Position numbers and translations under genes: made by a program. A model generated the notes under the pieces. It was not told where the DNA came from. It searched no databases and saw nothing but the letters and a program-made list of their open reading frames with translations. This document shows positions 19,640 to 28,480 of a stretch of 64,000 bases of DNA, piece by piece. Within the stretch, counting starts at the first letter, position 1. The number at the start of each line of letters is the position of its first letter. The stretch covers positions 248,001 through 312,000 of IMG/VR virus record IMGVR_UViG_3300044712_000810. One strand, given 5' to 3'.

Positions 19640-20380
19640 ATGGCATCACTTACACCGCTAATGACACGAAGCATCACTGGTTACAACAAAGTTCAACTTA
19701 GTTTAGTTGAAGACAATGAAGCAGAACAATTCAAAAATAGTTTTATCGTATTCATTAAAGGAATTGAAGCACAGAAGAACCAACAAGGTGGCAATGGACT
19801 TCAATTCGATTACAAAGGTTCCATCAATATGAAGATGGATGCCGAAGATTTGTTCGCTTTAGGCTTTGCTTGTCAAAAAGCGGCTGAAGGTCAAGGACCA
19901 AACTACGAAAAAGCATTTGGATCTTACAGTAAGTTTGCTGATTCGTCAAGAAGTTCATACTCAAATGGCGATAGCGCTGCTGGAACAAAGACTCTTCGTG
20001 TCGGTCAAATGTTAAACAAAGATCAAAAAACTGTTCTTAGTATTAGTTTTAATGCCGGTGGAAAAGGTGGCAAGAACATTGCTATTTCGCTTTCACCATA
20101 TATGATGTTTGCATTCTCTAAAATTTGTTACGACTTTGCACAACGCATTCTAGATCTTGAATCTAGACGCGGTGGCGTTGCTGTAGCAAAACCTGGAGCA
20201 CCTGCGGCTAAACCACAACAATATCAAAAACCTGCATATCAGAAACCACAACAGGCTCCACAAAATACTTTTGACAGTGAACCATCTTTTGGTGGCATTG
20301 AAGATAGTTTTGCATCTGGACTTGAAAGTGCAATGGGTGGAGACGATATGCCTCCTCCGATGGATGCACCACCGTTCTAA
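19640..20380 (+). CDS. Putative single-stranded DNA-binding protein
   Basis: Folded N-terminal domain, P/Q/A-rich linker, and acidic tail ending DDMPPPMDAPPF. Confidence 0.5.
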   Translation: MASLTPLMTRSITGYNKVQLSLVEDNEAEQFKNSFIVFIKGIEAQKNQQGGNGLQFDYKGSINMKMDAEDLFALGFACQKAAEGQGPNYEKAFGSYSKFADSSRSSYSNGDSAAGTKTLRVGQMLNKDQKTVLSISFNAGGKGGKNIAISLSPYMMFAFSKICYDFAQRILDLESRRGGVAVAKPGAPAAKPQQYQKPAYQKPQQAPQNTFDSEPSFGGIEDSFASGLESAMGGDDMPPPMDAPPF

Positions 20381-20389
20381 CATAAATGT

Positions 20390-20415
20390 GGGCCTGGGAA
20401 ACCAGGCCCTTTTTT
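20390..20415 (+). terminator. Intrinsic terminator
   Basis: GGGCCTGG-GAAA-CCAGGCCC-TTTTTT. Confidence 0.8.
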
Positions 20416-20426
20416 AAGGAGAAGAA

Positions 20427-21098
20427 ATGGATATTAAAAAGACTACAATTCGTGCGGCTGTTGGTGTACCTGTCAAAATCACACTCGAATCAAATCCTAC
20501 AACAGGATATTCATGGAGTGAACAACATGACAGAAAGAAAATCGTATTAGAATCTAAAAAGTTTAAGACTAGTTTCCCACTTGGTGAAACAGTCGGTAAT
20601 TTATTTGGATGTGGCGGAATTGATATCTTTGATTTTATGCCAACAAGAGATGATTGTATTACTGAAATTACTTTCACATATCTTTCCCCTTGTGGTGATA
20701 TTGAAAGAAGAGAAGTATATGAAGTCATCATTGGCGAAGGTGAAGAAGTAATTGCGCCACTTGATTTTGATAAAGATGAAAGAGATGACACTCCAGTCAT
20801 TAACGAAACAGATTTAGTCAATGCAACAACAATTGTTAGTACAATGAATACATATCAGAATGATGTGAATATTCCAGGTGTTGGTATTATACCTGCTCAT
20901 ATTATTCGTGAATCTTTCCATCATTGTGATTGTGAAGATCAACCTACTCATACTCACCATTCATATGAATCACATTCTCGTTCTTGGGATGATTCATCAA
21001 GCTCAAGTTCGTCATATTCATCCGATTCCTCAAGTTCTTACTCTAGTTCTGATTCAAGTTCTTGTGGCGGTGATTCTGGTGGATGTGGCGGCGACTAA
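20427..21098 (+). CDS. Chagasin/I42 protease-inhibitor-like domain fused to a His/Ser/Gly-rich tail
   Basis: KITLESNPTTGYSW signature; C-terminal SSSSSSYSSDSSSS...CGGDSGGCGGD. Confidence 0.65.
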   Translation: MDIKKTTIRAAVGVPVKITLESNPTTGYSWSEQHDRKKIVLESKKFKTSFPLGETVGNLFGCGGIDIFDFMPTRDDCITEITFTYLSPCGDIERREVYEVIIGEGEEVIAPLDFDKDERDDTPVINETDLVNATTIVSTMNTYQNDVNIPGVGIIPAHIIRESFHHCDCEDQPTHTHHSYESHSRSWDDSSSSSSSYSSDSSSSYSSSDSSSCGGDSGGCGGD

Positions 21099-21109
21099 CA
21101 GGAGACATT

Positions 21110-21304
21110 ATGAACGACAACTGGTTATCACCACAAATACAAGCTTACTCAAGACTTTTACGTACTGAAATGCCTTTTATGGTTGATTATGAATCAACAT
21201 TCGATTTATCAACGTTAGGTGATAGAATTGGACTAACAAAAATAAAATCAAGACAAAAAGTTGATAAATTCAAAGATATTACTAATATATTAGATTGGGA
21301 GTAA
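21110..21304 (+). CDS. Small protein ending in DWE
   Basis: ...ITNILDWE. Confidence 0.55.
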   Translation: MNDNWLSPQIQAYSRLLRTEMPFMVDYESTFDLSTLGDRIGLTKIKSRQKVDKFKDITNILDWE

Positions 21305-21306
21305 TT

Positions 21307-21501
21307 ATGGGAATTTTAGATAGTATAAGATATGAAAATGAGAAACGCATGTATGAAAGACAATTAAGTACTAGAATAGGTAATATCAAAATAGGAAACC
21401 CATGTGGTGAATTAGTTACAAAAGGATATGTAGATTGTTCATTATCACCGTACAAATATAAATCAATGTCGGAATGTTTAAATATATTTGATTGGGAGTA
21501 A
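21307..21501 (+). CDS. Small protein ending in DWE
   Basis: ...CLNIFDWE. Confidence 0.55.
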   Translation: MGILDSIRYENEKRMYERQLSTRIGNIKIGNPCGELVTKGYVDCSLSPYKYKSMSECLNIFDWE

Positions 21502-21504
21502 TAT

Positions 21505-21726
21505 ATGTCAATAGATGATTATTTACAAGATAGTATGTGGCAACAACCAAATAATAATTCATTATTAAATCATCCAGGTCTACAAATGATTGGACCTTTA
21601 AAGAATGATACATTACCATATGCAATGTCACATGAACAAATTGAAAAATTAAAGGAACTATTTGCAGTTCCTCAAAAGCAACCCAAAACAATGTCAGACA
21701 TCTTCGACACACTAAACTGGGAATAA
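21505..21726 (+). CDS. Small protein ending in NWE
   Basis: ...IFDTLNWE. Confidence 0.55.
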   Translation: MSIDDYLQDSMWQQPNNNSLLNHPGLQMIGPLKNDTLPYAMSHEQIEKLKELFAVPQKQPKTMSDIFDTLNWE

Positions 21727-21727
21727 A

Positions 21728-23047
21728 ATGGATTGGAAATATGTTCACACCTTGACCAAATTTACATTTTCAGATCATGAAATTACTTTACTCAATCAAC
21801 ATGTTGATAGTTACTTAATTAGTTTAATTACAGGACTACAACAACAATCATTTGGATTTGATACTGTTACAGAAGTAGCAAAACGAATCCGTGGTTTACG
21901 CGCGAGATTTGGTCAAGATAAAGAATGGTTTATTGACTCAGGTGGATATTCCATTATTGTTGGGGATATCCACCCTAGAGATATGACAAAGTGTATTCAA
22001 TGCTATAACTATTATTTAGAAACATTCGCTGAAAAGGATTGTGATAAAATATTTAGTTTAGACATTCCAATACTACTTAAATATCCAGAATATAATACAG
22101 TTCAATATATTAAAGAACAGAATTATAAGTCTGGAGTAATGTCAAAAGAAATTTTAGACAGTAATAAATCATTATATGAAAAATTTATGTTCATTTGGCA
22201 GTTTAAAACTCTAAATCAGTATAAGATTTGGAAAGAATATTATAATGATATTTATGCAGATACGACTGAATTGCATAATTTTGGTATAGGAGGTCAAGTC
22301 GGACTTCGACAAGCTGCCGGAATTGATTTCAGTCCATTTACTGCACTGACGTATAAACTTATACAACTAATTCGAGAAAAAAACCTAAATAAAAAAAGTA
22401 CAATTCATATGCTTGGGATATATTCTTATCCTGATCGTTTTTTAATGGCGTTTTTTCAAAAGTTATTCAATCAAGTTTACTTTAAAGATCTTGCGCCATC
22501 CGTCGAAATAACATTCGATACAGTTCATCATACTATTCAAGGACATTTTCGCGGCCAAACAATGACGCCGTTTATACTTGATGAGAATAATAATGTTCAT
22601 AACAAATTTATTCCAGATTTAGTTGATAAACTTGATAATATCATACATGATCCTGATGTTCTTAATGCGGTTTTAAAACAAGTTGAAAAAATCAAAAATG
22701 GTGAACGACTTACTGATCCCCATTTGATTGCGACGTTAGAAGTTATCAAACATTCACAAATTGATAAGGTTATTGATATGGTTCTTGACCAATATAACTT
22801 TATTGATTTATTTGTGCAATCTGGTAACTTCAATAAATTTAAAAACAAAGCTACTGCAATATTTCAAACATTAGAACAAAAGTATCCAATCGCATTTAAG
22901 AATAGGACGGCTCAAAATCTACTTAATTTCCAATATGTGTATCCTTTACACAATTGGTTTGTAAATTCTGGTGATTTATCTAAATTCGAACCTATGATGG
23001 AAACATTTATCCGTCATATTAACTTCCCGTTTGACTTGAAGGAGTAG
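21728..23047 (+). CDS. TGT/DpdA-fold transglycosylase-like protein
   Basis: FIDSGGYS (TGT DSGG motif), IFSLDIP, FGIGG, IHMLG and TFDT appear in TGT-like order. Confidence 0.6.
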   Translation: MDWKYVHTLTKFTFSDHEITLLNQHVDSYLISLITGLQQQSFGFDTVTEVAKRIRGLRARFGQDKEWFIDSGGYSIIVGDIHPRDMTKCIQCYNYYLETFAEKDCDKIFSLDIPILLKYPEYNTVQYIKEQNYKSGVMSKEILDSNKSLYEKFMFIWQFKTLNQYKIWKEYYNDIYADTTELHNFGIGGQVGLRQAAGIDFSPFTALTYKLIQLIREKNLNKKSTIHMLGIYSYPDRFLMAFFQKLFNQVYFKDLAPSVEITFDTVHHTIQGHFRGQTMTPFILDENNNVHNKFIPDLVDKLDNIIHDPDVLNAVLKQVEKIKNGERLTDPHLIATLEVIKHSQIDKVIDMVLDQYNFIDLFVQSGNFNKFKNKATAIFQTLEQKYPIAFKNRTAQNLLNFQYVYPLHNWFVNSGDLSKFEPMMETFIRHINFPFDLKE

Positions 23048-23050
23048 TTA

Positions 23051-23287
23051 ATGTCTGTTGAATATGCATATCGTTGTGATTATTGTGGTGAAAAACTTGA
23101 AAGAATTAGTCATTCACCAAGTTGGGATGAAGGAGTTGAGACTACAATTTCAATGGAAACAAAAGTAGCATATAATTCTTCTCCAGAAAATTCACGACCA
23201 ACTGAAACAACTTTACATTTTCATTTAGAATGTTTAAAGAAATTTAATGAAAAATTTGAAGATTTACTTGCAAATCCAACAAAATAA
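23051..23287 (+). CDS. Small Zn-binding protein
   Basis: CDYC...HLEC. Confidence 0.5.
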   Translation: MSVEYAYRCDYCGEKLERISHSPSWDEGVETTISMETKVAYNSSPENSRPTETTLHFHLECLKKFNEKFEDLLANPTK

Positions 23288-23473
23288 TGGAGTAATCAAT
23301 GTCTGATAATAAAGTATCACCGGATGAGTTTTTGGATAATTCAAAAGAATATAATCCAAATGCTGCCGATGAATCGCGTGAAAGACTTCGTAAACTATCA
23401 GATAGTACGAATATGAGTGCAAGTGAATACGCACAACATTTACGCAATATTCGTATGATTTATAGAGATTAAA

Positions 23474-23695
23474 ATGATTATAGAGCATGTAACCAATCAT
23501 GAACCTAAAAAAGCATTGTATTTATGTTTAGATAGACATGAATCAGCAGATTTTATTCAACATCTAGCATCAACATATGCAATGCAAACAGGTAAATATA
23601 GCGAAGAAGTATTTAATGACTTTGTTAAAATTATGCAAGGTCAAACTGAATTTGACGTTATCTTAAAATTCAACGACGAGAGACAAGAAAAATGA
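23474..23695 (+). CDS. Hypothetical protein
   Basis: 73-aa ORF in a packed array. Confidence 0.45.
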   Translation: MIIEHVTNHEPKKALYLCLDRHESADFIQHLASTYAMQTGKYSEEVFNDFVKIMQGQTEFDVILKFNDERQEK

Positions 23696-23916
23696 TTTCA
23701 CCTAATTTGGCGAGAACTGCTGCACTAGAACAGAAAATTGATTACGATCTTAAATATAGCCCAACCAAAATGATTAGAATATCATTGGATGATAATGACT
23801 TATTTCAAAAATATTTAAAAAAAGAATACGAAAAACTCGGTTGGATTATAACATATTGCAAAACAGAAAATGAAATGTATGCAATATATCGTTTTACGGA
23901 AAAATGCGATGATTAA
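23692..23916 (+). CDS. Hypothetical protein
   Basis: 74-aa ORF with ATGA overlap. Confidence 0.45.
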   Translation: MISPNLARTAALEQKIDYDLKYSPTKMIRISLDDNDLFQKYLKKEYEKLGWIITYCKTENEMYAIYRFTEKCDD

Positions 23917-24278
23917 ATATCATATCGATCCTAGAAATATTGATGTGTATGATTATCCTGAATTGAAAGCAACAATCGTTGGTCATTTTCCAAAAATCTC
24001 TCATCAAGAAATGCAAAAAATAATGTTATTAGTTACCCAAACATGTCCTAATTGTTTGGCAAAAAGTAAACATTCCTGTCACTGTTCGGAGGGATAGTCT
24101 TGAGCTCAGAAAAAACTTGCGGAAACTGTCGTTACTGGAAACTTGAGGAAATGATTAAAGATGGTGCTGATAACTTTATCGCGCCATGTGTTAACATCAA
24201 ATCCCCATATAAAAACAAGAAAAGTTCCATTGACAGTTCATGTGGTGAGTTTAAACGCGAATATTAATGGAGAGTTAA

Positions 24279-25289
24279 ATGGCTAAAAAGCCAACAAAAA
24301 AAGAACAAGAAGTTATTAACGATATAAAAGAACATTTGGAACAAACAAAAGAACAAGTAGTTAAAGAGATATTAGATCCTTTAGGAAATAAAGAAACCGA
24401 ATTACTTAATAAAAAATATGCCATTGCGCATATTGCACAAGTATGTCTAACTATACAAGGCGAAGGACCAAAACTTGGAACTCCTTGTATATTAGTTAGA
24501 TTTGCTGGATGTAATCTACAATGTCCATTCTGTGATACAAAGTGGGCAAATAAAGAACTTCCAGATATGCTAACATTTAAAAATATATTAGAAACTGAAT
24601 TTCCAATTAAGTTATCAACTAGTGATAATTCGATTGAAAAGTTTGCTAAATATTTAAAAGACACATATTTTGATCATTATCCGATTAAACATATTATGTT
24701 CACTGGTGGTGAACCTTTTATTTCAGATAATTTAAGAATACTTACTGAAATCATGTCATTTTTAAATAATAAATTTCATACGGGAATTAAATCTATTGAA
24801 ATTGAAACCAACGGAACGCTCGTAACCGCAAGTGATATTTATAATCGATTTGTAAGTGCTAATTATGATGTACAATTAAATATTAGTCCTAAGTTAGATC
24901 TTACGGCACATAATAAACAGTATAGTTCGTTCCAGTCACTTGTGGACAAGTTTAAAATTGTACATTTATATGTTTCAGATAGAAATAATGTATTAACAAA
25001 TTTTAATTATAATTATAAATTTATTTATGATAAGGCGGGCGAAGATCTATTACGTTATTTTATAACGCAAGTAGGAATTCCAAGTGATAAGATTTGTATC
25101 ATGCCACTTACTCCGCATTTGTCAAATATGCCAAAAGATGAATTTTATAAAAAATTCAAGAAGTCATGCGAAGATACTATTTTATTCTGTGTAAAGAATA
25201 ACTACAAATTTACTGACCGTGCTCATGTCTGGATTTATGACATGAAAGAAACCAAAAACGAACTAGACGACGTCTTAAGGAGACAGTAA
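24279..25289 (+). CDS. queE: 7-carboxy-7-deazaguanine synthase, radical SAM
   Basis: TIQGEG...G.PCILVRFAGCNLQCPFCDT (CxxxCxxC), FTGGEP, IEIETNG, ISPK. Confidence 0.85.
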   Translation: MAKKPTKKEQEVINDIKEHLEQTKEQVVKEILDPLGNKETELLNKKYAIAHIAQVCLTIQGEGPKLGTPCILVRFAGCNLQCPFCDTKWANKELPDMLTFKNILETEFPIKLSTSDNSIEKFAKYLKDTYFDHYPIKHIMFTGGEPFISDNLRILTEIMSFLNNKFHTGIKSIEIETNGTLVTASDIYNRFVSANYDVQLNISPKLDLTAHNKQYSSFQSLVDKFKIVHLYVSDRNNVLTNFNYNYKFIYDKAGEDLLRYFITQVGIPSDKICIMPLTPHLSNMPKDEFYKKFKKSCEDTILFCVKNNYKFTDRAHVWIYDMKETKNELDDVLRRQ

Positions 25290-25291
25290 TC

Positions 25292-25606
25292 ATGGCTGAC
25301 AAAGTTCTTTACTTCGTGAATGAACATTTCTTTAACATGAATCTGAACAACGCTGGCGATAAGTACAACAAGAAAATGCAGATCGACAATGTCACTCTTG
25401 ATATCGTCGATGAATCACAGAAGTTTTATATCGACGAAGCAGAAAGAACTTTTTCGAAAGAAAAGTATTTCGAAACTCCTGGCGAAGCTGGTCAGTACAT
25501 CCAGAAAAGGATGTCCGACGAACTGCAGAAGTATCGTGAAATCATCGACACCATCGATAAGGAACGCGAAGATATCGAGGTGGAGATTCTTTCCACCACA
25601 AACTAA
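25292..25606 (+). CDS. Hypothetical protein, GC-richer codon usage
   Basis: 104-aa ORF with SD AGGAG. Confidence 0.6.
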   Translation: MADKVLYFVNEHFFNMNLNNAGDKYNKKMQIDNVTLDIVDESQKFYIDEAERTFSKEKYFETPGEAGQYIQKRMSDELQKYREIIDTIDKEREDIEVEILSTTN

Positions 25607-25890
25607 TGGTTGTAAAACGTTACAATCCAAAAGATGATCGTCGTACTGTATATTATGTATGGTACGACGATTCTGAATTTAATTTAAAAAAGATACCGGA
25701 CTTGAAGATTATCAAAGTCGGTAAAAAATTAAAACGTCGAACATACGCTCGAAGACCTAAAGAAACAATTCATATCAATAGTTTTGATTCTTATGCTAGT
25801 ATAGTATTTGAGAAGTTAAAACTATACAATCATTATATTAGTAAAAATGAAATGTTAAATATAATGAAATATATAATTGCGGATATATAA
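25606..25890 (+). CDS. Small protein with K(-7) motif
   Basis: Ends LNIMKYIIADI; N-terminus similar to the next gene. Confidence 0.55.
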   Translation: MVVKRYNPKDDRRTVYYVWYDDSEFNLKKIPDLKIIKVGKKLKRRTYARRPKETIHINSFDSYASIVFEKLKLYNHYISKNEMLNIMKYIIADI

Positions 25891-26151
25891 ATGGTTATTC
25901 GCAGATCATTAAGAGGTCGAGGCACACGATTTTATGTTTGGTTAGATGCTAAAGACTATGTCGCTGGTAACTGGCCAAATTATAGATTTAACTATGATGG
26001 TAATCGTCATAGTCCATTAACGTATGAAATTGAAAGACCAAAAGATTCTATGCATACGTTAGAAAGAATTGCACGTAATGCCAGAAATGGTGTTAATGCA
26101 ACTCCAGAACAATATTTAGCAATACAAAAGTTAATAATAGAAAATTTGTAG
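25891..26151 (+). CDS. Small protein with K(-7) motif
   Basis: Ends LAIQKLIIENL. Confidence 0.55.
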   Translation: MVIRRSLRGRGTRFYVWLDAKDYVAGNWPNYRFNYDGNRHSPLTYEIERPKDSMHTLERIARNARNGVNATPEQYLAIQKLIIENL

Positions 26152-26160
26152 GAGCAGAAA

Positions 26161-26481
26161 ATGAAACTTGATCCTGAACATAATGTTCTTGAAGACAATA
26201 CAAATATTGTCATGGATCTTTTCAAAGATGTAACCCCACCGGAGATTGAACTTACCCCAACTGAACAGATTAAGAAACTAGCATGGGAAGTCGAAATCTA
26301 TGTTGGTTACAAAGATCATATTTGGAAGACAGAAAAACTATATATTGAGAAGAAAATTCCCGATAGTGAATGGATTGATATAATTAGTAAGGTTCTTAGT
26401 GAAAGATCAAATAGTGATCAAATTGAATTTTACGGCATATATAATTACCCAGAAAACTACGAATCTGAAAAAATTGAATAA
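26161..26481 (+). CDS. Hypothetical protein
   Basis: 106-aa ORF with SD AGGAG. Confidence 0.55.
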   Translation: MKLDPEHNVLEDNTNIVMDLFKDVTPPEIELTPTEQIKKLAWEVEIYVGYKDHIWKTEKLYIEKKIPDSEWIDIISKVLSERSNSDQIEFYGIYNYPENYESEKIE

Positions 26482-26491
26482 TGTCTGATTT

Positions 26492-26512
26492 CATATAAAA
26501 ATAATACCCATG
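26492..26512 (+). promoter_or_regulatory. Promoter-like motif, AAAAAT variant
   Basis: CATATAAAAATAATACCCATG. Confidence 0.55.
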
Positions 26513-26683
26513 TCCAATCAACGACTAAATCCGTAGTATCGTCTAGGCGAGTAAACCTCGGTTTTGTTCGATTGGAAACTCCTAGGAGGGGAGGAGTAGT
26601 TCCTCTCCCGGCCAACTTCGTGTTGACAGCCGGTGATGATAAGCTCCTCCCACTTCTATGCCTTTAACTTACTGGAGACACTG

Positions 26684-27589
26684 ATGAAGAAATGCTTTTT
26701 TCACTCATCGGACATGGATGGATTCGCATCAGCTGCGATCGTCCAACTGAAATATCCTGATGTTAAACTCATCGGGATTAACCATGGTCAGCCTTTCAGG
26801 CACGACATGATACGCAAAACCGATGAAATCTATATGGTCGACTTCTGTCTTGAGCCTGCAGATGAAATGCGAAAACTCGCAAATAACTGTAAAACTCTTT
26901 ACTGGATCGATCATCATGTGTCTCAGATTGATAAGATGGTTGAGGCTAAAATCAAGCTTCCTGGTCTTCTCAGTTACGACGACGATGAAAAAGAAGCACC
27001 TGAAGGCACTATCGCTGGCAGTTTTGCCGCGTGTGAGCTTGTCTGGCAATATCTGTTTCCTGACAAAGAAATGCCTTATGGTATATATTTGTTGGGAAGA
27101 TATGACGTTTGGGATCTCGATGTAGATCCAAATGTCTTGAAATTTCAATACGGTTCTCGTTTACAATCTGTCTTTGTTGATAAAGATAGCGATTTCTGGA
27201 AGCGTTTATTCGCTTCTGATAAAGAATTCATGGATCACATCATCGCAGAAGGTGATGTAATCTTGAGATATGAACGGCAAATTAATGCCAGACTCATGCG
27301 TGGGTATTCATATCTTAAAGATTTCCATGGATATCGTGCTCTTGTCATCAACAGACAATACTCGTCAACACTGACGTTTGAGTCTGTATGGGACGGAGAT
27401 AAACATGATATCATGGTTGCTTACTCAAGAAACCCTGACTGTTGGCTCGTCAGCCTCTACACCGCAAAAAAAGATATTGACGTATCTGCGATTGCGAGGT
27501 CATACGAACACAACGGTAAACGTGGCGGTGGTCATAAGAAAGCGGCGGGATTCCAAACTCAAGATATCTCGCCCTTGTTACCTGCCTGA
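26684..27589 (+). CDS. DHH/DHHA1 phosphoesterase (NrnA-like)
   Basis: HSSDMDG, MVDF, WIDHH, GRYDVW, GGGHKKAAGF. Confidence 0.88.
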   Translation: MKKCFFHSSDMDGFASAAIVQLKYPDVKLIGINHGQPFRHDMIRKTDEIYMVDFCLEPADEMRKLANNCKTLYWIDHHVSQIDKMVEAKIKLPGLLSYDDDEKEAPEGTIAGSFAACELVWQYLFPDKEMPYGIYLLGRYDVWDLDVDPNVLKFQYGSRLQSVFVDKDSDFWKRLFASDKEFMDHIIAEGDVILRYERQINARLMRGYSYLKDFHGYRALVINRQYSSTLTFESVWDGDKHDIMVAYSRNPDCWLVSLYTAKKDIDVSAIARSYEHNGKRGGGHKKAAGFQTQDISPLLPA

Positions 27590-27643
27590 ACTCTTCATAC
27601 GAAATTATGAAGATTAAATAAAAAAAATCAAAAAACAAAATAA

Positions 27644-27719
27644 GCCTGATTAGCTCCAATGGTAGAGCAATTGCCTTGTAAGCAATGGGTTGTTGGTTCA
27701 AATCCGACATCAGGCTCCA
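27644..27719 (+). tRNA. tRNA-Thr(TGT)
   Basis: Cloverleaf; ATTGC-CT TGT AA-GCAAT; CCA encoded. Confidence 0.9.
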
Positions 27720-27770
27720 TCTTTAACTGGGGGTCGAAAGACCCCCCAACTTTTATTATTGTGAGAATTT

Positions 27771-28193
27771 ATGGAACTTACACAAAAACAAAAAGGCAAT
27801 CTTTCAGAAATGAAAATTGCCGCAAAACTTATGGAATATGGATATACTGTTTGTTTTCCATATGGTGAAAATACAAGATTTGATTTAATTTTTGAATGCA
27901 ATTCAAAATTATATAAAGTTCAAGTTAAAACTGGAAGATACGACGAACAAACTGAAACTATTACAATTTCTTGTCGTAGTAATAAATGTTATATCAATCT
28001 TGAATCTACAGAAAATAGATCTCAAGATTATAAAAATGATGTTGATTATATAGGAACATATTGTCCACAATTAGATAAATGTTATATGATTCCTATTAAT
28101 GTTTGTGGAAAAGCTCAATTAAATTTACGAGTTGGAAATTCACAAAAAACAAATCAACATGGTACAAATTACGCATCACATTATCAAATTTGA
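27771..28193 (+). CDS. PD-(D/E)XK endonuclease (homing-like)
   Basis: KGNLSE.....LMEYGYTV.FPYGENTRFDLI...KVQVKT. Confidence 0.8.
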   Translation: MELTQKQKGNLSEMKIAAKLMEYGYTVCFPYGENTRFDLIFECNSKLYKVQVKTGRYDEQTETITISCRSNKCYINLESTENRSQDYKNDVDYIGTYCPQLDKCYMIPINVCGKAQLNLRVGNSQKTNQHGTNYASHYQI

Positions 28194-28207
28194 ATATTCT
28201 CAAATTT

Positions 28208-28218
28208 GATATGGAAAT
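28208..28218 (+). promoter_or_regulatory. Promoter-like motif variant upstream of the atypical tRNA cluster
   Basis: GATATGGAAAT. Confidence 0.45.
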
Positions 28219-28236
28219 ATTCAGTTGTACAAATTT

Positions 28237-28315
28237 CCGAGGCCTAGCTTAATATTAAAGCGCCTATCCGTTACACGATAGGAGAATACTGGTGAAATTC
28301 CGGTGCCGAGGGCCA
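28237..28315 (+). ncRNA. Atypical tRNA-like gene 1 (TTACA loop)
   Basis: Cloverleaf by hand; D-loop without GG; T-loop TGAAATT; arm CCTATC-CGTTACAC-GATAGG; ends GCCA. Confidence 0.6.
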
Positions 28316-28320
28316 TTTAT

Positions 28321-28397
28321 CGGGGACATAGCTTAAAAGAAAGCGCCTGTTCTTACAGACAGGAGAATCGTTGGTGTGATTCCGACATCCTCGACCA
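28321..28397 (+). ncRNA. Atypical tRNA-like gene 2 (Val TAC-like, one extra nt in anticodon arm)
   Basis: CGGGGAC/ATCCTCG acceptor; CCTGT-TCTTACAG-ACAGG; T-loop TGTGATT; ends ACCA. Confidence 0.65.
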
Positions 28398-28402
28398 TTT
28401 AT

Positions 28403-28477
28403 CTCGGTGTAGCTTAATTTAGAGCGCCTGTCCTTACAGACAGGAGATGATAGGCGAACCTCCTATCCCCGGGACCA
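28403..28477 (+). ncRNA. Atypical tRNA-like gene 3 (Val TAC-like, one extra nt in anticodon arm)
   Basis: CTCGGTG/CCCCGGG acceptor; CCTGTC-CTTACA-GACAGG; T-loop CGAACCT; ends ACCA. Confidence 0.65.
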
Positions 28478-28480
28478 ATT

